From contig JBDHDE010000037.1 of assembly GCA_039591655.1 (NCBI GenBank), forward strand, positions 1 to 45,020: DNA of 45,020 nt, written 5' to 3'. The position numbers and the translations under genes are program-made. Positions 17,660 to 27,664 of this stretch are shown in pieces. This stretch comes from Gemmatimonadota bacterium. GTDB taxonomy: Bacteria; Gemmatimonadota; Gemmatimonadetes; Gemmatimonadales; GWC2-71-9. The notes beneath the pieces were generated by a model. It had not been told where the DNA came from. It ran no database searches and was given only the letters and a program-made list of their open reading frames with translations. Positions within the stretch are counted from its first letter, which is position 1. Each line of letters opens with the position of its first letter.

Positions 17660-18835
17660 ATGACGCCACTGGGGCATATCGATCAGGAAGCGCTGAGCGC
17701 GACGCTCAGGCAGCGGGGGCTCGACGGCTGGCTGGTGTACGACTTCCACGACAGCAACCCCGTTGCCCGACGGGTGCTGGGCCTGACGGGGATGCTCTCG
17801 CGGCGCGTGTTCCTCTGGCTTCCGGCGGTGGGACCGCCGCGAGCGGTGGTGCATAGCCTGGACCGCACTGCCATGCCGGAGTTCTCCGGCGAGTTCGATG
17901 TCTACACCACCTGGCAGGAACTGCACCAGCTCCTCACGCAGACAGTGGGTGGGCGGCGGATCGCCATGGAGATCTCGCCGGAGAACGCGGTGCCGTACCT
18001 CGACCTGGTGCCCGCCGGCGTGGTGGAGCTGTTGCGGCGGTTCGGGGCCACCCTGGTCTCGTCGGCGCCCCTGGTGAGCCAGTTTGCGTCCCGCTGGTCG
18101 GCGACCGAGGTGGAGGACCACCGCCTTGCGGCCGAGCACCTGGCGGCCATCGCCCGGGAGACGCTGGGGCGGGTGGTCCACGAGGTGGGCTCCGCCAGCG
18201 AGGTCCGGGTGCAGCGGAAGGTGCTGGAAGCCATGGCCCGGGCGGGGTTGGAGACGGAGGATCCGCCCATCGTCGCCTTCGGTGCCCACGCCGCTAACCC
18301 CCATTACGCTCCCGAGGAAGCGACGGATCGCACGCTGGCGGCAGGCGACGTGGTGCTCCTGGATTTGTGGGGCCGCTGCTCCCCCAATACGGTGTGGGCG
18401 GACCAGACGTGGATGGGGTACGCCGGCGGCGCTCCGGCGGAAGAGGTCGTGCAGGTCTGGGAGACGGTGCGGCAGGCCCGGGACGCAGTGGTGGATCGGG
18501 TCCGGACGGCCACGGCGGCTGGTGAGGCGGTGAACGGCGCCACCCTCGACACCGTGGCACGGGCGATCATCACCGAGCGGGGCTTCGGTGCGGCCTTCGT
18601 GCACCGCACCGGGCACTCCATCGATCTGGAGCTGCACGGCTCGGGGCCGCATCTCGACGACTTCGAGACCCACGACGTGCGCGAGCTCATCGAGGGCGTG
18701 GCCTTCTCGGTGGAGCCAGGAGTCTACCTGCCCGGCCGCTTCGGGGTGCGCAGTGAGATCAACGTGGTGATGGACGTGGCAGGCGTCGAGGTAACCCCGG
18801 CGTCCCCCCAGACCACTCTCATTACGGGGGGGTGA
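17660..18835 (+). CDS. M24 family Xaa-Pro aminopeptidase-like metallopeptidase
   Basis: ANPHY, LLDLWG, WADQTW, HRTGHSI, FSVEPGVY, GVRSEIN. Confidence 0.93.
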   Translation: MTPLGHIDQEALSATLRQRGLDGWLVYDFHDSNPVARRVLGLTGMLSRRVFLWLPAVGPPRAVVHSLDRTAMPEFSGEFDVYTTWQELHQLLTQTVGGRRIAMEISPENAVPYLDLVPAGVVELLRRFGATLVSSAPLVSQFASRWSATEVEDHRLAAEHLAAIARETLGRVVHEVGSASEVRVQRKVLEAMARAGLETEDPPIVAFGAHAANPHYAPEEATDRTLAAGDVVLLDLWGRCSPNTVWADQTWMGYAGGAPAEEVVQVWETVRQARDAVVDRVRTATAAGEAVNGATLDTVARAIITERGFGAAFVHRTGHSIDLELHGSGPHLDDFETHDVRELIEGVAFSVEPGVYLPGRFGVRSEINVVMDVAGVEVTPASPQTTLITGG

Positions 18836-18888
18836 GGGCCCTGTGCAGGGGGGATAAGTGCGTTCGGTTTTTGTTCGGTTGGCCGTGC

Positions 18889-18916
18889 TTGACACGCGCA
18901 ACCATTGGGGTAGATT
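18889..18916 (+). promoter_or_regulatory. Putative sigma70 promoter of the TBDR operon
   Basis: TTGACA-N16-TAGATT in an AT-richer intergenic region about 195 nt upstream of ATG 19112. Confidence 0.55.
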
Positions 18917-19111
18917 CGCCAAAGTCACACTAGGAGGGTGAGCCTCACGCAAGATTTTCGTCAGCCTTTCTTTAGCTCCCGACACAACACCGGTTTTTTC
19001 CCTCACGACGGCTCCGCCTTCGGGCTGACTGTCATGTGTAGTTTCGGTGGCGTGTCGCCAAGTTGCCAACTGGTAGTGTCTTAGAGGTCCATGTCAATGG
19101 AGGAAGCGTCC

Positions 19112-22100
19112 ATGACAGAGAATCGTCGAATTGCCTTCGGGCGCCTCGCACGGGTGCTGCTGGCCGTGGCCGTGCTTGCGCTGGGGGCCAGTGAACTCAC
19201 AGCGCAGGGCGTGGGCGGTAAGGTCCAGGGAACGGTGCTGGATCCCACCGGCCAGCCCGTCGCGAACGCCCAGGTCTTCGTCCTGGGAACCGCGTTTGCG
19301 GCGCTCACGAACGAGGATGGGTTTTACTTCTTTAACAACGTGCCCGCTGGTACCTACGACATGCGGGCACAATTCATTGGGTACCAACCCGCGGAAGTTC
19401 GCGCTCTTCGCGTGCTGGGCGACCAGACGCTGACCGTGAACTTCGGTCTCTCAGGCGCGGTGGCCCTCGAGGCCATCACGATCACGGCCGCTGAGACGCC
19501 GATCGTGCCGCGGGACCAGGTCACCTCCAAGACCACCATCACCGGACAGACCATCGATCAGCTACCGGTGGACGACCCCCGGGCGGCAATCAGCCTGCAG
19601 CCGGGCGTGGTCGAGTCGTGCACGGGCCGTGACTCGAATAGCCCGGCCTGTGTAAACGGATTGTCGCTCCGCGGCGGCCGGCCGGGTGAGGCGGTCGTCT
19701 ACGTCGACGGCGTGCCGGTACGGCGGCTGCGCACCGGCGGGGCCCAGCTCAATGTCGCCACCAACGCGACGGAGGAAGCGTCGGTGACCACGGGAGCGCT
19801 GGGCGCGGAGTACGGTGACGCGCAGTCCGGCGTGATCTCGCTGGTCACGCGCTCGGGCGGTCCGCGATTCCAGGGGAACCTGGTGTACGAGACCGACGAG
19901 GTGTTCGGTAACTCGATCAGCGTCGGCTTCAACCGGTTCGAGGGCTCCCTCTCCGGGCCGATCTTCGGCAACCTGACGTTCTTCGTCGGCGGCACGCTGC
20001 GCGGCGAGGTGTCCAACCGCCGCGGGATGGGCTGGGAGGATGTGCCGTACTACACGCTGGGCGGGCTGGACTCGACTCTGGGCCCGACCGTCACGATCGC
20101 TGGCGAGGCGGGTGACTCGGCTACCCTCGACATTCCCCGGTTTGTGCAGTTCACCGGCACGTGCCCGGAGGCCGACCCGGAGTCGCAGAGCGCCCTGCGG
20201 GACGAGATCCTTACCAACTACGGTCAGGAGTGCCAGGGTCGGCGGCTTCCGTATGACTTCAGCACGCAGTGGCGGGCAAACGCCAAGCTGACGTACTCGT
20301 ACGGCACCGGCTCGCGGGTCTCGCTCTCGGGCCTGTTGGACCAGGATCAGGACCGCACGAACCCCGGTAACGGCGTCTTCAACCCCGATGCCTACCAAGG
20401 GACGCGGACAAATTCCCAGGTGTACATCCTGAACTGGGTGCAGCAGGTGTTCCGCACTGCCGAGACCGAGCTGGCGTTCGACCTCAATCTCTCGTGGCAG
20501 ATCGACCGGCAGCGCGGCGGCGTGCTGGACAAGGAGTGGGACCTGAACAACCGCAGCCCGGCAATGGGGCTGAGCTTCTCCACCATGAAGTTCCTGGTGG
20601 ACTTCGACACGTTCTCGGCTGACACCGCCGACCAGTACGAGCTGATGGCGGATGGCCGGTCGCGCACGATCAACGCTCTAGAGAGCCAGGACGATTGGGA
20701 GCGGCTGATCAAGAACGTGCGCGACAACCTGGGCACGCGGTTGCCCTACCTCGACCGGGGGGATCTGCTCCAGAAGCAGACCTACCGGATGAACCCGTAC
20801 GGGATGATCACCGGTTGGCGCACCGGCGGTTTGGACCGCGGCTTCGGCCAGCTCGGCTACGAGCGCCGCGCCATCGGCCGGCTGAACGTGGACTGGCAGT
20901 TCGACCGCTACAACCGGCTCAAGTTCGGTGTCGAGGGAATGTCGGGCCGGGTCAACGAGTGGAATGCCAGCATTCAGGATCCGGCCTTCCAGGACATCTT
21001 TGCCCAAGACCCGAAGCGCTGGGCCGCGTACATTCAGGACCGCCTGGACCTGGGCGACGTGGTGCTGGAGCTGGGGCTGCGGTGGGACTCCTGGAATGCA
21101 GATGGTGTGTTCCCACTGACGCCGGCCCGGACCTTCACGCATCCGGCGTACGATCCCGACGTGCCGATCGAGCAGCTGACCTGCGTCGGCTCGGCGTGTG
21201 AAGCAGACTCCGCGATCTACGAGTTCGTCTGGGCGAAGGCCGAGACGCACACGGCGTGGTCGCCGCGGCTCCGGGTGTCTTTCCCGGTGACCGACCGGAC
21301 CAACGTCCGGCTGTCGTACGCGCACCAGGTGCAGTCGCCTGACGGCGAGAACGTGTACGGGTCGATGAACAACGACCTCACGATCACCAACACGAACGAC
21401 GCGTTCGGCGGCGACGTGCGGCACGGCAAGACGATCATGTTCGAGTTCGGCGTGCGGCACGCATTCACGCGCGACCTAGTGTTCGACCTTGCGATGTTCA
21501 ACAAGGACAAGGTGGCGGACCTCACCTACCGGATCATCGATTTCTTCGATCCGTTGGTGGAGCGTATCGCCCCGGTGAACGTGCTGACCAACGCAGACTT
21601 CGGCAACACGAAGGGCTTCGAGCTCAGCCTGTTGCAGCGTATCGGCAACTGGTTCAACGGGCAGGTCTCCTACACGTTCCAGGCTGCCAAGGGAACGGGC
21701 TCCAACCCGCGGACCTACCTCAATACCACCGCGCGTAGCTTCGTTGCCGTGACCGGTGACCGGCAGCCGCCGGCGCAGGCGACCTTCCGGACGGACGACG
21801 ACCGGTCGCACAACATCACCGGCTCGCTGTCGTTCAATTGGCCGAATGACTTCGAGCAGGGGACCTGGTACGGCCAGGTGCTGCGCAACGCGGGGCTGTT
21901 CATGCGGTTCCGCTTCGTGAGCGGTCTGCCGTACACCAAGCTCGTTGATGCGGGCAGAGGCCAGCAGGCATTCGGCGGCACGCCGTTCGGGCTGGAGGGC
22001 GAAAACGAGGACGACGTGCTGAACGGGCGCGAGCTGCCGTGGCAGTACAACTTCGATTTGCGGGTCACCAAGGGCTTGCGGCTAGGGCCGACCGATTGGA

Positions 22101-22507
22101 CGCTGTATGCCGATTTCCGGAACCTGTTCAACATCCGGAACGTGGTCGGGATCTTCGCCGAGACGGGCGACGTGACGAGCGAAGAGTACTTCGATAGCCA
22201 GGTCAGCTCGGAGCTCACCCGCTTGCGGGGCGACGCCGGTAGCGCGCGCCAGACCACCGTCATCAAGGACGGCGAGGAGATCGAGGCGATCGACGTCTCC
22301 GACTGTGATGGCTGGACGGGTACCGGCAATGAGGCCTCGTGTGTGCTGGTGCGGGGCGCCGAGGCGCGGTTCGGCAACGGCGACATGATCTACGATCTGG
22401 ACGAGCAGCTGACAGCGCTCGGGGCGTGGTATCAACGGTTCAACGGCGAGCAGGTGTTCCTGGGCAACCCGTTGCACATTCGCCTGGGCGTGGAGTTGGC
22501 CTTCTAA
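19112..22507 (+). CDS. TonB-dependent receptor with N-terminal carboxypeptidase-regulatory-like domain
   Basis: GGAGG RBS; signal peptide; GKVQGTVLD...GTYDMRAQFIGY; plug LRGGRPGEAVVYVDGVP...AEYGDAQSGVISLVTRSG; terminal strand IRLGVELAF. Confidence 0.92.
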   Translation: MTENRRIAFGRLARVLLAVAVLALGASELTAQGVGGKVQGTVLDPTGQPVANAQVFVLGTAFAALTNEDGFYFFNNVPAGTYDMRAQFIGYQPAEVRALRVLGDQTLTVNFGLSGAVALEAITITAAETPIVPRDQVTSKTTITGQTIDQLPVDDPRAAISLQPGVVESCTGRDSNSPACVNGLSLRGGRPGEAVVYVDGVPVRRLRTGGAQLNVATNATEEASVTTGALGAEYGDAQSGVISLVTRSGGPRFQGNLVYETDEVFGNSISVGFNRFEGSLSGPIFGNLTFFVGGTLRGEVSNRRGMGWEDVPYYTLGGLDSTLGPTVTIAGEAGDSATLDIPRFVQFTGTCPEADPESQSALRDEILTNYGQECQGRRLPYDFSTQWRANAKLTYSYGTGSRVSLSGLLDQDQDRTNPGNGVFNPDAYQGTRTNSQVYILNWVQQVFRTAETELAFDLNLSWQIDRQRGGVLDKEWDLNNRSPAMGLSFSTMKFLVDFDTFSADTADQYELMADGRSRTINALESQDDWERLIKNVRDNLGTRLPYLDRGDLLQKQTYRMNPYGMITGWRTGGLDRGFGQLGYERRAIGRLNVDWQFDRYNRLKFGVEGMSGRVNEWNASIQDPAFQDIFAQDPKRWAAYIQDRLDLGDVVLELGLRWDSWNADGVFPLTPARTFTHPAYDPDVPIEQLTCVGSACEADSAIYEFVWAKAETHTAWSPRLRVSFPVTDRTNVRLSYAHQVQSPDGENVYGSMNNDLTITNTNDAFGGDVRHGKTIMFEFGVRHAFTRDLVFDLAMFNKDKVADLTYRIIDFFDPLVERIAPVNVLTNADFGNTKGFELSLLQRIGNWFNGQVSYTFQAAKGTGSNPRTYLNTTARSFVAVTGDRQPPAQATFRTDDDRSHNITGSLSFNWPNDFEQGTWYGQVLRNAGLFMRFRFVSGLPYTKLVDAGRGQQAFGGTPFGLEGENEDDVLNGRELPWQYNFDLRVTKGLRLGPTDWTLYADFRNLFNIRNVVGIFAETGDVTSEEYFDSQVSSELTRLRGDAGSARQTTVIKDGEEIEAIDVSDCDGWTGTGNEASCVLVRGAEARFGNGDMIYDLDEQLTALGAWYQRFNGEQVFLGNPLHIRLGVELAF

Positions 22508-22521
22508 CGAGGAATCGGCGC

Positions 22522-22561
22522 GCGGGCGGCGCAGCGGTCGGGTGACCGCGGCGTCGCCCGC
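22522..22561 (+). other. Intercistronic GC hairpin with no U tract
   Basis: GCGGGCGGCGCAGCGGTC-GGGT-GACCGCGGCGTCGCCCGC: 18-bp stem with one mismatch and one G-U pair. Confidence 0.7.
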
Positions 22562-22587
22562 CTGAGGCGACAACATCTGAGGATCGG

Positions 22588-25500
22588 ATGATTATGAGGA
22601 CAAACTCGTTTATCCGCGCAGTCCGCGTTGCCGCGGTTATGGCGCTCCTGGGGGCGGTGAGCTTCCAGGCCGCGCAGGCGGAAGAGGGCCGCCGGGGCAG
22701 GCGCTCGCGTGGGGGCTTCAACCTCTTCGCGGCGCAGTTCGGCACCCTAGACGTCAACCGCGTCTTCTGCGGCATCAACAACCTCGGCGAGGTCTGCGTC
22801 GACCCGACGAACTCGCCGGGCGTGGGGGGCGGCTTCTGGCCGGTGGGTACCCCCAACCAGTACATCTTCAACTCGGGCCTGCAGCTGGCCGGGATCATAG
22901 ACGGACCGCCCGGCTTCGTGTGGAACGGTGACACGACCGGGGTCTTCTTCATGGACCCGAAGGGCACCGAGCCAGGCGGCGACCCGGTCACACTGACCTA
23001 CAACTCGCTGGACCCGGCTGATCTCGAGGCCTGGCCGACCCAGGCATTCGTGAGGGACACCGCGCTCTACGCCCCCGTCCTGATCGGGCGGAAGACGCTG
23101 GCGCAGCAGGACCTCTGGGTCCGGACGTGGGACGGGAATCCCAACGTCGCAGGCGGCCGGGTGCACCCTCTGGGAGTGCTCGTGGAGGAGCGCGGCCTCG
23201 CCTGGAACTTCCCGTCCGGCAATGAGGACATTGTCTATTTCGTTTACGACTTCTACAACATCTCGGCCACGGACCGGGCGGCGTACAACGGCCTGCACAC
23301 CGACGTCCAGGACAGCGTGTACGACATCGCCGTGGATTACGTGACGGGCACCGAGGCCCGGTTCGGGATCGACATCCCGGCAGAGGGCTACACGTTTACG
23401 GACTTCTACGCAGCGTTCTTCATGGACCCCGATGTGGGTACGGCGACGGAGAACTATTCGTCGGCCATCCTGCCGTTCGAGATGGCGCTTGCCTACAAGA
23501 GGGACTTCGTGGAGGACATCTTCACCTACTCGCCGGACATCAATGGTCCGCCGTTCTACCCCGCTCCCGGGTTCGTCGGGGTGAAGTACCTCAGGAGCCC
23601 CGTCGACCCGATCACGGGCCTCCAGATCGGGCTCACGATGTTCTCCAACACGCTGAACACGAGTACCGGGTTCCCGGATCCGGATGGCGTGGTCCAGATG
23701 TGGCGCTACATCTCGGGGAACATCAGCGTGGCGGCGGGGGACAACCCCTGCGACTTCCCGAACCCCAAGGAGCGGAGGTTGTGCTTCCTGTACCAACAGT
23801 TTGAAGACACCCGCTTCTATCAGTCCTCCGGGCCGTTCGATCTGGCCCCCGGTGGGACGGCGACCATCGTCGTGGCGTACGTGCACGCCGCGCCTGTGGC
23901 GGACGCGCTGCTCACCAGCGGGCAGATCGGCGGAGACCTCAAGCCGCTGACCCCGTACACGGGCGACTCGATCTTTGGGGGCGTCTGCGGCCGCAACCCG
24001 GGCAACGAATGCATCCGGCCGCTGGACTCGGTTGCCGGGTGGCTGACCCACAACGACGACAACGGCAACAGCGTGATCGAGCAGGACGAGGTCGTCTCGG
24101 TGCCGCGGTCGCTGCTGGACAAGGCGCTGGTGGCGCAGGCGGTGTTCGACAACAAGTTCCTGCTGCCGTTCGCGCCTGAGGTGCCGCCCTTCTTCCTGGT
24201 ACCGGGCGACAACACCGTTACGGTGGTGTGGGAGACGACGCCGTCGGAGGTGACGGGCGATCCGTTCTTCGGTATCGCGTCGGATCCGTTGTCTCCGTTG
24301 TTCGACGCCAACTTCCGCGAGTTCGACGTTGAGGGCTACCGGATCTACCGGGGCCGCGTGGCCAGCCAGTTGGTGCTGGTCGCGGAGTACGACTATGCGG
24401 GCACGGTGTTCACCGACAACTGGGGTGGGTTCGCCTATGACGGCAACTGCGCTCCGGAGCTGGGCATCACGACCGACTGCCCGACGTTCCCCAACGACGT
24501 CCCGCTGATTGATGATGTCGCGCAGGTGAAGGCGGGGTCACGCACGGAGCTGGCCGACGGGTCGGTGTTCATCGTGGATGCCGATACGGCGGTCACGGGT
24601 GGTGGGAACACCCAGTTCGCCGGGCTGCGCGACACGGGCGTGCCGTTCGCGTTCGTGGATAACGACGTGCTGAACGGCTTCACATACTACTACGCAGTGA
24701 CGGCGTACGACGTAAACTCGTATGCCTCCGGCCCCACCTCACTGGAGTCGCCGCTGGTGAGCCAGTCGACGACGCCGCGCAGCACTGCGGCCAACAAGGT
24801 GGCGGCCGATGACGTGACACTCGAGCTGATCGACCGGGACAACAACGTGCTGGACCCGGCGGCGGCGTATCCGACGATCGACCCGGCGACGGGCACGTTC
24901 AGCGGCCCGATGCCGCCTTCGGGTGCCTTCGAGGCGCTGGGTGCTCAGCTGTTTGCCGACAACCTGGTGACCCCGGGTTTGGAGGCGTTCGTCGAGGTCG
25001 ACTCGGTGGTCCTGTTCTACTATCACGACGGGACGTACTACCTGCATGGGACAGCGACGGGTATCTCGTCATTCAGCCCTGGGCTGCCGCTCGGACAGGA
25101 GGACGGCCCGGCGGTGATGGGCCCGATCGAGGGGCTGCTGGAGGCGAACTCGGCCCTGGCCGACTCGCTCGGCCTGGGTGAGGTGCCGTGGGCTGGCAAG
25201 ATTCAGACTCAGATCTCGGCCAACCCGGTGGCGTTCCAGTCGAAGGATACCGACTGGCATCCGCAGGTGGAGGGTGCGTTCTTCGACGTGCAGGATCCGC
25301 CGATGTTCGATGCCAACGGTGCGGTGGACTACGGTGGCTCGCGCTGGTTCGACGGAGCCAACGAGACAATGGCCCACCCGACCCTTCTGGGCGGGCACGG
25401 CATGCTGACGGGAGTCACGGCGATCTACTCGCCGGCGCCGTTTGCGCCGTGGGAGAATGCAGACGCCCACACGCGGCGTCCGATGCAGACGGTGTACCAC

Positions 25501-26398
25501 GGGTTCCGCGCTGCGGACATACAGGTGTACTGGGGTGCGCCGGGCGTGATCGACTCGGTGGTCGACATCACGCACAACATGTTGATGCAGTTCCAGCCGC
25601 AGAACCGCGTGGGTTGGGGCTTCATCCCGGACGCTTCATGCGCCGGTTGTAAGACGTTGGTGCCGGCCCCTGACGGCCTGATCACGTATGAGGACTGGCC
25701 CCAGGGGGCGTGCTTCACGGGCATGGGCAACTGGGATCAGACAGGTTGCGCGTCGCGCACGTGGGCGCCGACGATCACCGCAGCCGGTGGTCTCCTGCCT
25801 ACCGACACCGACGGTGACCACACGAACGGCACCGAGGGTTCAGGGTTCGGCCTGTGGATCAACAGCGAGGTGTTCTACTTCAACGTTGCCGCAATGCCGA
25901 CCAACGTGATGTGGACCCTGCGGACCTACATGGGTCAGGTGAACCGTGAAGGTGGGACAGGGAACTACTCCTTCGCGCGGGACAGGGAACTACTCCTTCG
26001 CGCCCGAGCCGTCCAACGCCCCGATTCCGGGGCTGAGGATCCGGGCGACGACGGGCCAGGGGGCACTGTACCCCGATACCGCGACTGTCGACCTCGACTC
26101 CGTGCACACTGTGCCGGATCCGTACTATGTGACGACGTCCATCGAGGCGACGGGGGACGAGAAGACCTTACAGTTCATCAACCTGCCCACGCAGGCGATC
26201 ATTCGGATCTACTCGTTGGGCGGGATCCTCGTGTCAATGATCGAGCACAACGATCCCGCGGGCGGCGGTACGGCCACGTGGAACCTCCGGAACCGGAATG
26301 CCCAATTCGTCGCCAGCGGCGTGTACTTCTACCACGTCGAGACGGCCACGGGTCAAGAGAGGGTAGGCCGGTTTACGATCGTCAACATGGCGCGGTAA
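22588..26398 (+). CDS. Large secreted protein with FN3-like segment and T9SS-CTD-like C-terminus; frameshifted as assembled by a 25-bp duplication
   Basis: Signal peptide ending AAQA; FN3-like PGDNTVTVVWE...EGYRIYRG...FTYYYAVTAYD. The tail VHTVPDPYY...LQFINLP...IRIYSLGGILV...WNLRNRNAQFVASGVYFYHVE lies in another frame (25946..26398). Deleting one repeat copy gives 3786 nt, a single 1261-aa ORF. Confidence 0.85.
25954..26003 (+). repeat. Exact 25-bp tandem duplication
   Basis: GGGACAGGGAACTACTCCTTCGCGC at 25954-25978 and again at 25979-26003. Confidence 0.97.
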
Positions 26399-26408
26399 CG
26401 GACACCAG

Positions 26409-26442
26409 CGGCGGGGCGGGGCCTGAGCGCCCCGCCCCGCCG
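26409..26442 (+). other. Intercistronic GC hairpin with no U tract
   Basis: CGGCGGGGCGGGGC-CTGAGC-GCCCCGCCCCGCCG, a perfect 14-bp stem just upstream of the RBS of the porV-like gene. Confidence 0.75.
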
Positions 26443-26456
26443 AATCGGAGGCACGT

Positions 26457-27608
26457 ATGATGCGTTTGTTCATTCGAGTCATAGGCGTGGCGGTGGTGGT
26501 CGGCCTGTTCGTGACAGCGCCTGCGAACGCGCAACAGGTTGTGGATGAGCCGACAAACCTCGCGGACGTCGATAACACCGCATACGGAACCACGGCAGGA
26601 GAGTTTCTACTCCTCGGGGCAGGTGCCCGCGGGGCGGCTCTCGGCGGTGCCTATGCGGCCTTGGTCAACGACATCGACGCGCTGTACTGGAACCCGGCTG
26701 GCCTGGCCCTGATGGATCGCGGCGGTGTGCTCGTGTCGACCTACAAGTACGTCGCAGACACGCGTTACAACTGGGCCGGCATCGCGTTCCCGTTCGGCGG
26801 TGGCGCCCGCGCCGTCGGGGTACACGTGGGCACGTTCGGTTTCTCGAACCAGCCCGTGTACACGGTCGACGCCCCCGACGGTGATGGGACCCAGTACGAC
26901 GTTCGATCCACCTATTTGGGTCTGACCTACTCGCAGAACTTCTCGGATCGGTTCTCGGCCGGTATCACCGGGAAGCTCATCGTGGATGCGCTGGGCGAGA
27001 CAACGGCGAGCTCGTACGCGTTGGACTTCGGCACGAGCTTCCATGCGCGGATCGGCGAGCGACCCATCTCGGCATCGTTCGTGATTCAGAACCTCGGGTC
27101 CTCGCTCAAGCATGACGGCACGCCGCTGGGGGTGGGGGTCGAGCGTGATCCGCCACAAGGTCAGCAGAACATCCCGCAGCAACCGGCCGAAGCGCGCCTG
27201 CGTACGAAGGATTGGGCGCTGCCGATCATGTTCCGGTTCGGGGTCGCGTTCGACTTCATCAACAACTCAGCCAGCCGACTCACGGTGATGGGCGAGTTCA
27301 ATCAGCCGAACAACTCCGATCCGTCGGCGGGTGGCGCGTTGGAATTCGCGCTGCTAGACATCAGCCAGAGCGGATTCGGCGCGATGCTGCGGGGCGGCTA
27401 CCAGTATCAGACCGACAACAACATCGATCCGACCGGTGCCGCCGGCTTCGAGTCGACGGCGAGCGGCCAGGGTTTGGACGGGCTGTCGTTTGGTGGCGGG
27501 CTGATGTTCGATCGCGGCTACGGGTTCGGCTTGTCGCTGGACTACGCGTATAGGAATCTCGGGCTCCTGAATGCGACGCACTACTGGAGCGCTACAGTCC
27601 ACTGGTAG
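26457..27608 (+). CDS. PorV/PorQ family outer-membrane beta-barrel (FadL-like)
   Basis: Signal peptide; EFLLLGAGARGAALGGAY...ALYWNPAGL family motif; ALDFG; LDYAYRNLGLL; terminal W. Confidence 0.88.
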   Translation: MMRLFIRVIGVAVVVGLFVTAPANAQQVVDEPTNLADVDNTAYGTTAGEFLLLGAGARGAALGGAYAALVNDIDALYWNPAGLALMDRGGVLVSTYKYVADTRYNWAGIAFPFGGGARAVGVHVGTFGFSNQPVYTVDAPDGDGTQYDVRSTYLGLTYSQNFSDRFSAGITGKLIVDALGETTASSYALDFGTSFHARIGERPISASFVIQNLGSSLKHDGTPLGVGVERDPPQGQQNIPQQPAEARLRTKDWALPIMFRFGVAFDFINNSASRLTVMGEFNQPNNSDPSAGGALEFALLDISQSGFGAMLRGGYQYQTDNNIDPTGAAGFESTASGQGLDGLSFGGGLMFDRGYGFGLSLDYAYRNLGLLNATHYWSATVHW

Positions 27609-27621
27609 GTATTGAGGCGGG

Positions 27622-27647
27622 CGGGGGTCGGCTGCGGCCGACCCCCG
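27622..27647 (+). other. Intercistronic GC hairpin with no U tract
   Basis: CGGGGGTCGGC-TGCG-GCCGACCCCCG, a perfect 11-bp stem. Confidence 0.7.
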
Positions 27648-27664
27648 ACGCTGAGCTATTTGGC

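Noticed and set aside
17564..19069. 501-aa minus-strand ORF and other long antisense ORFs (e.g. 22747..24051, 29211..30857, 30425..31816, 34142..36046, 34273..35787, 41336..42349)
   Set aside because: Shadow frames of well-supported genes, expected from high-GC codon bias, with no recognisable motifs.
25979..26460. Arg-rich C-terminus of the 1290-aa ORF in the track
   Set aside because: It is out-of-frame read-through caused by the 25-bp duplication; the real tail is in the 25946..26398 frame.
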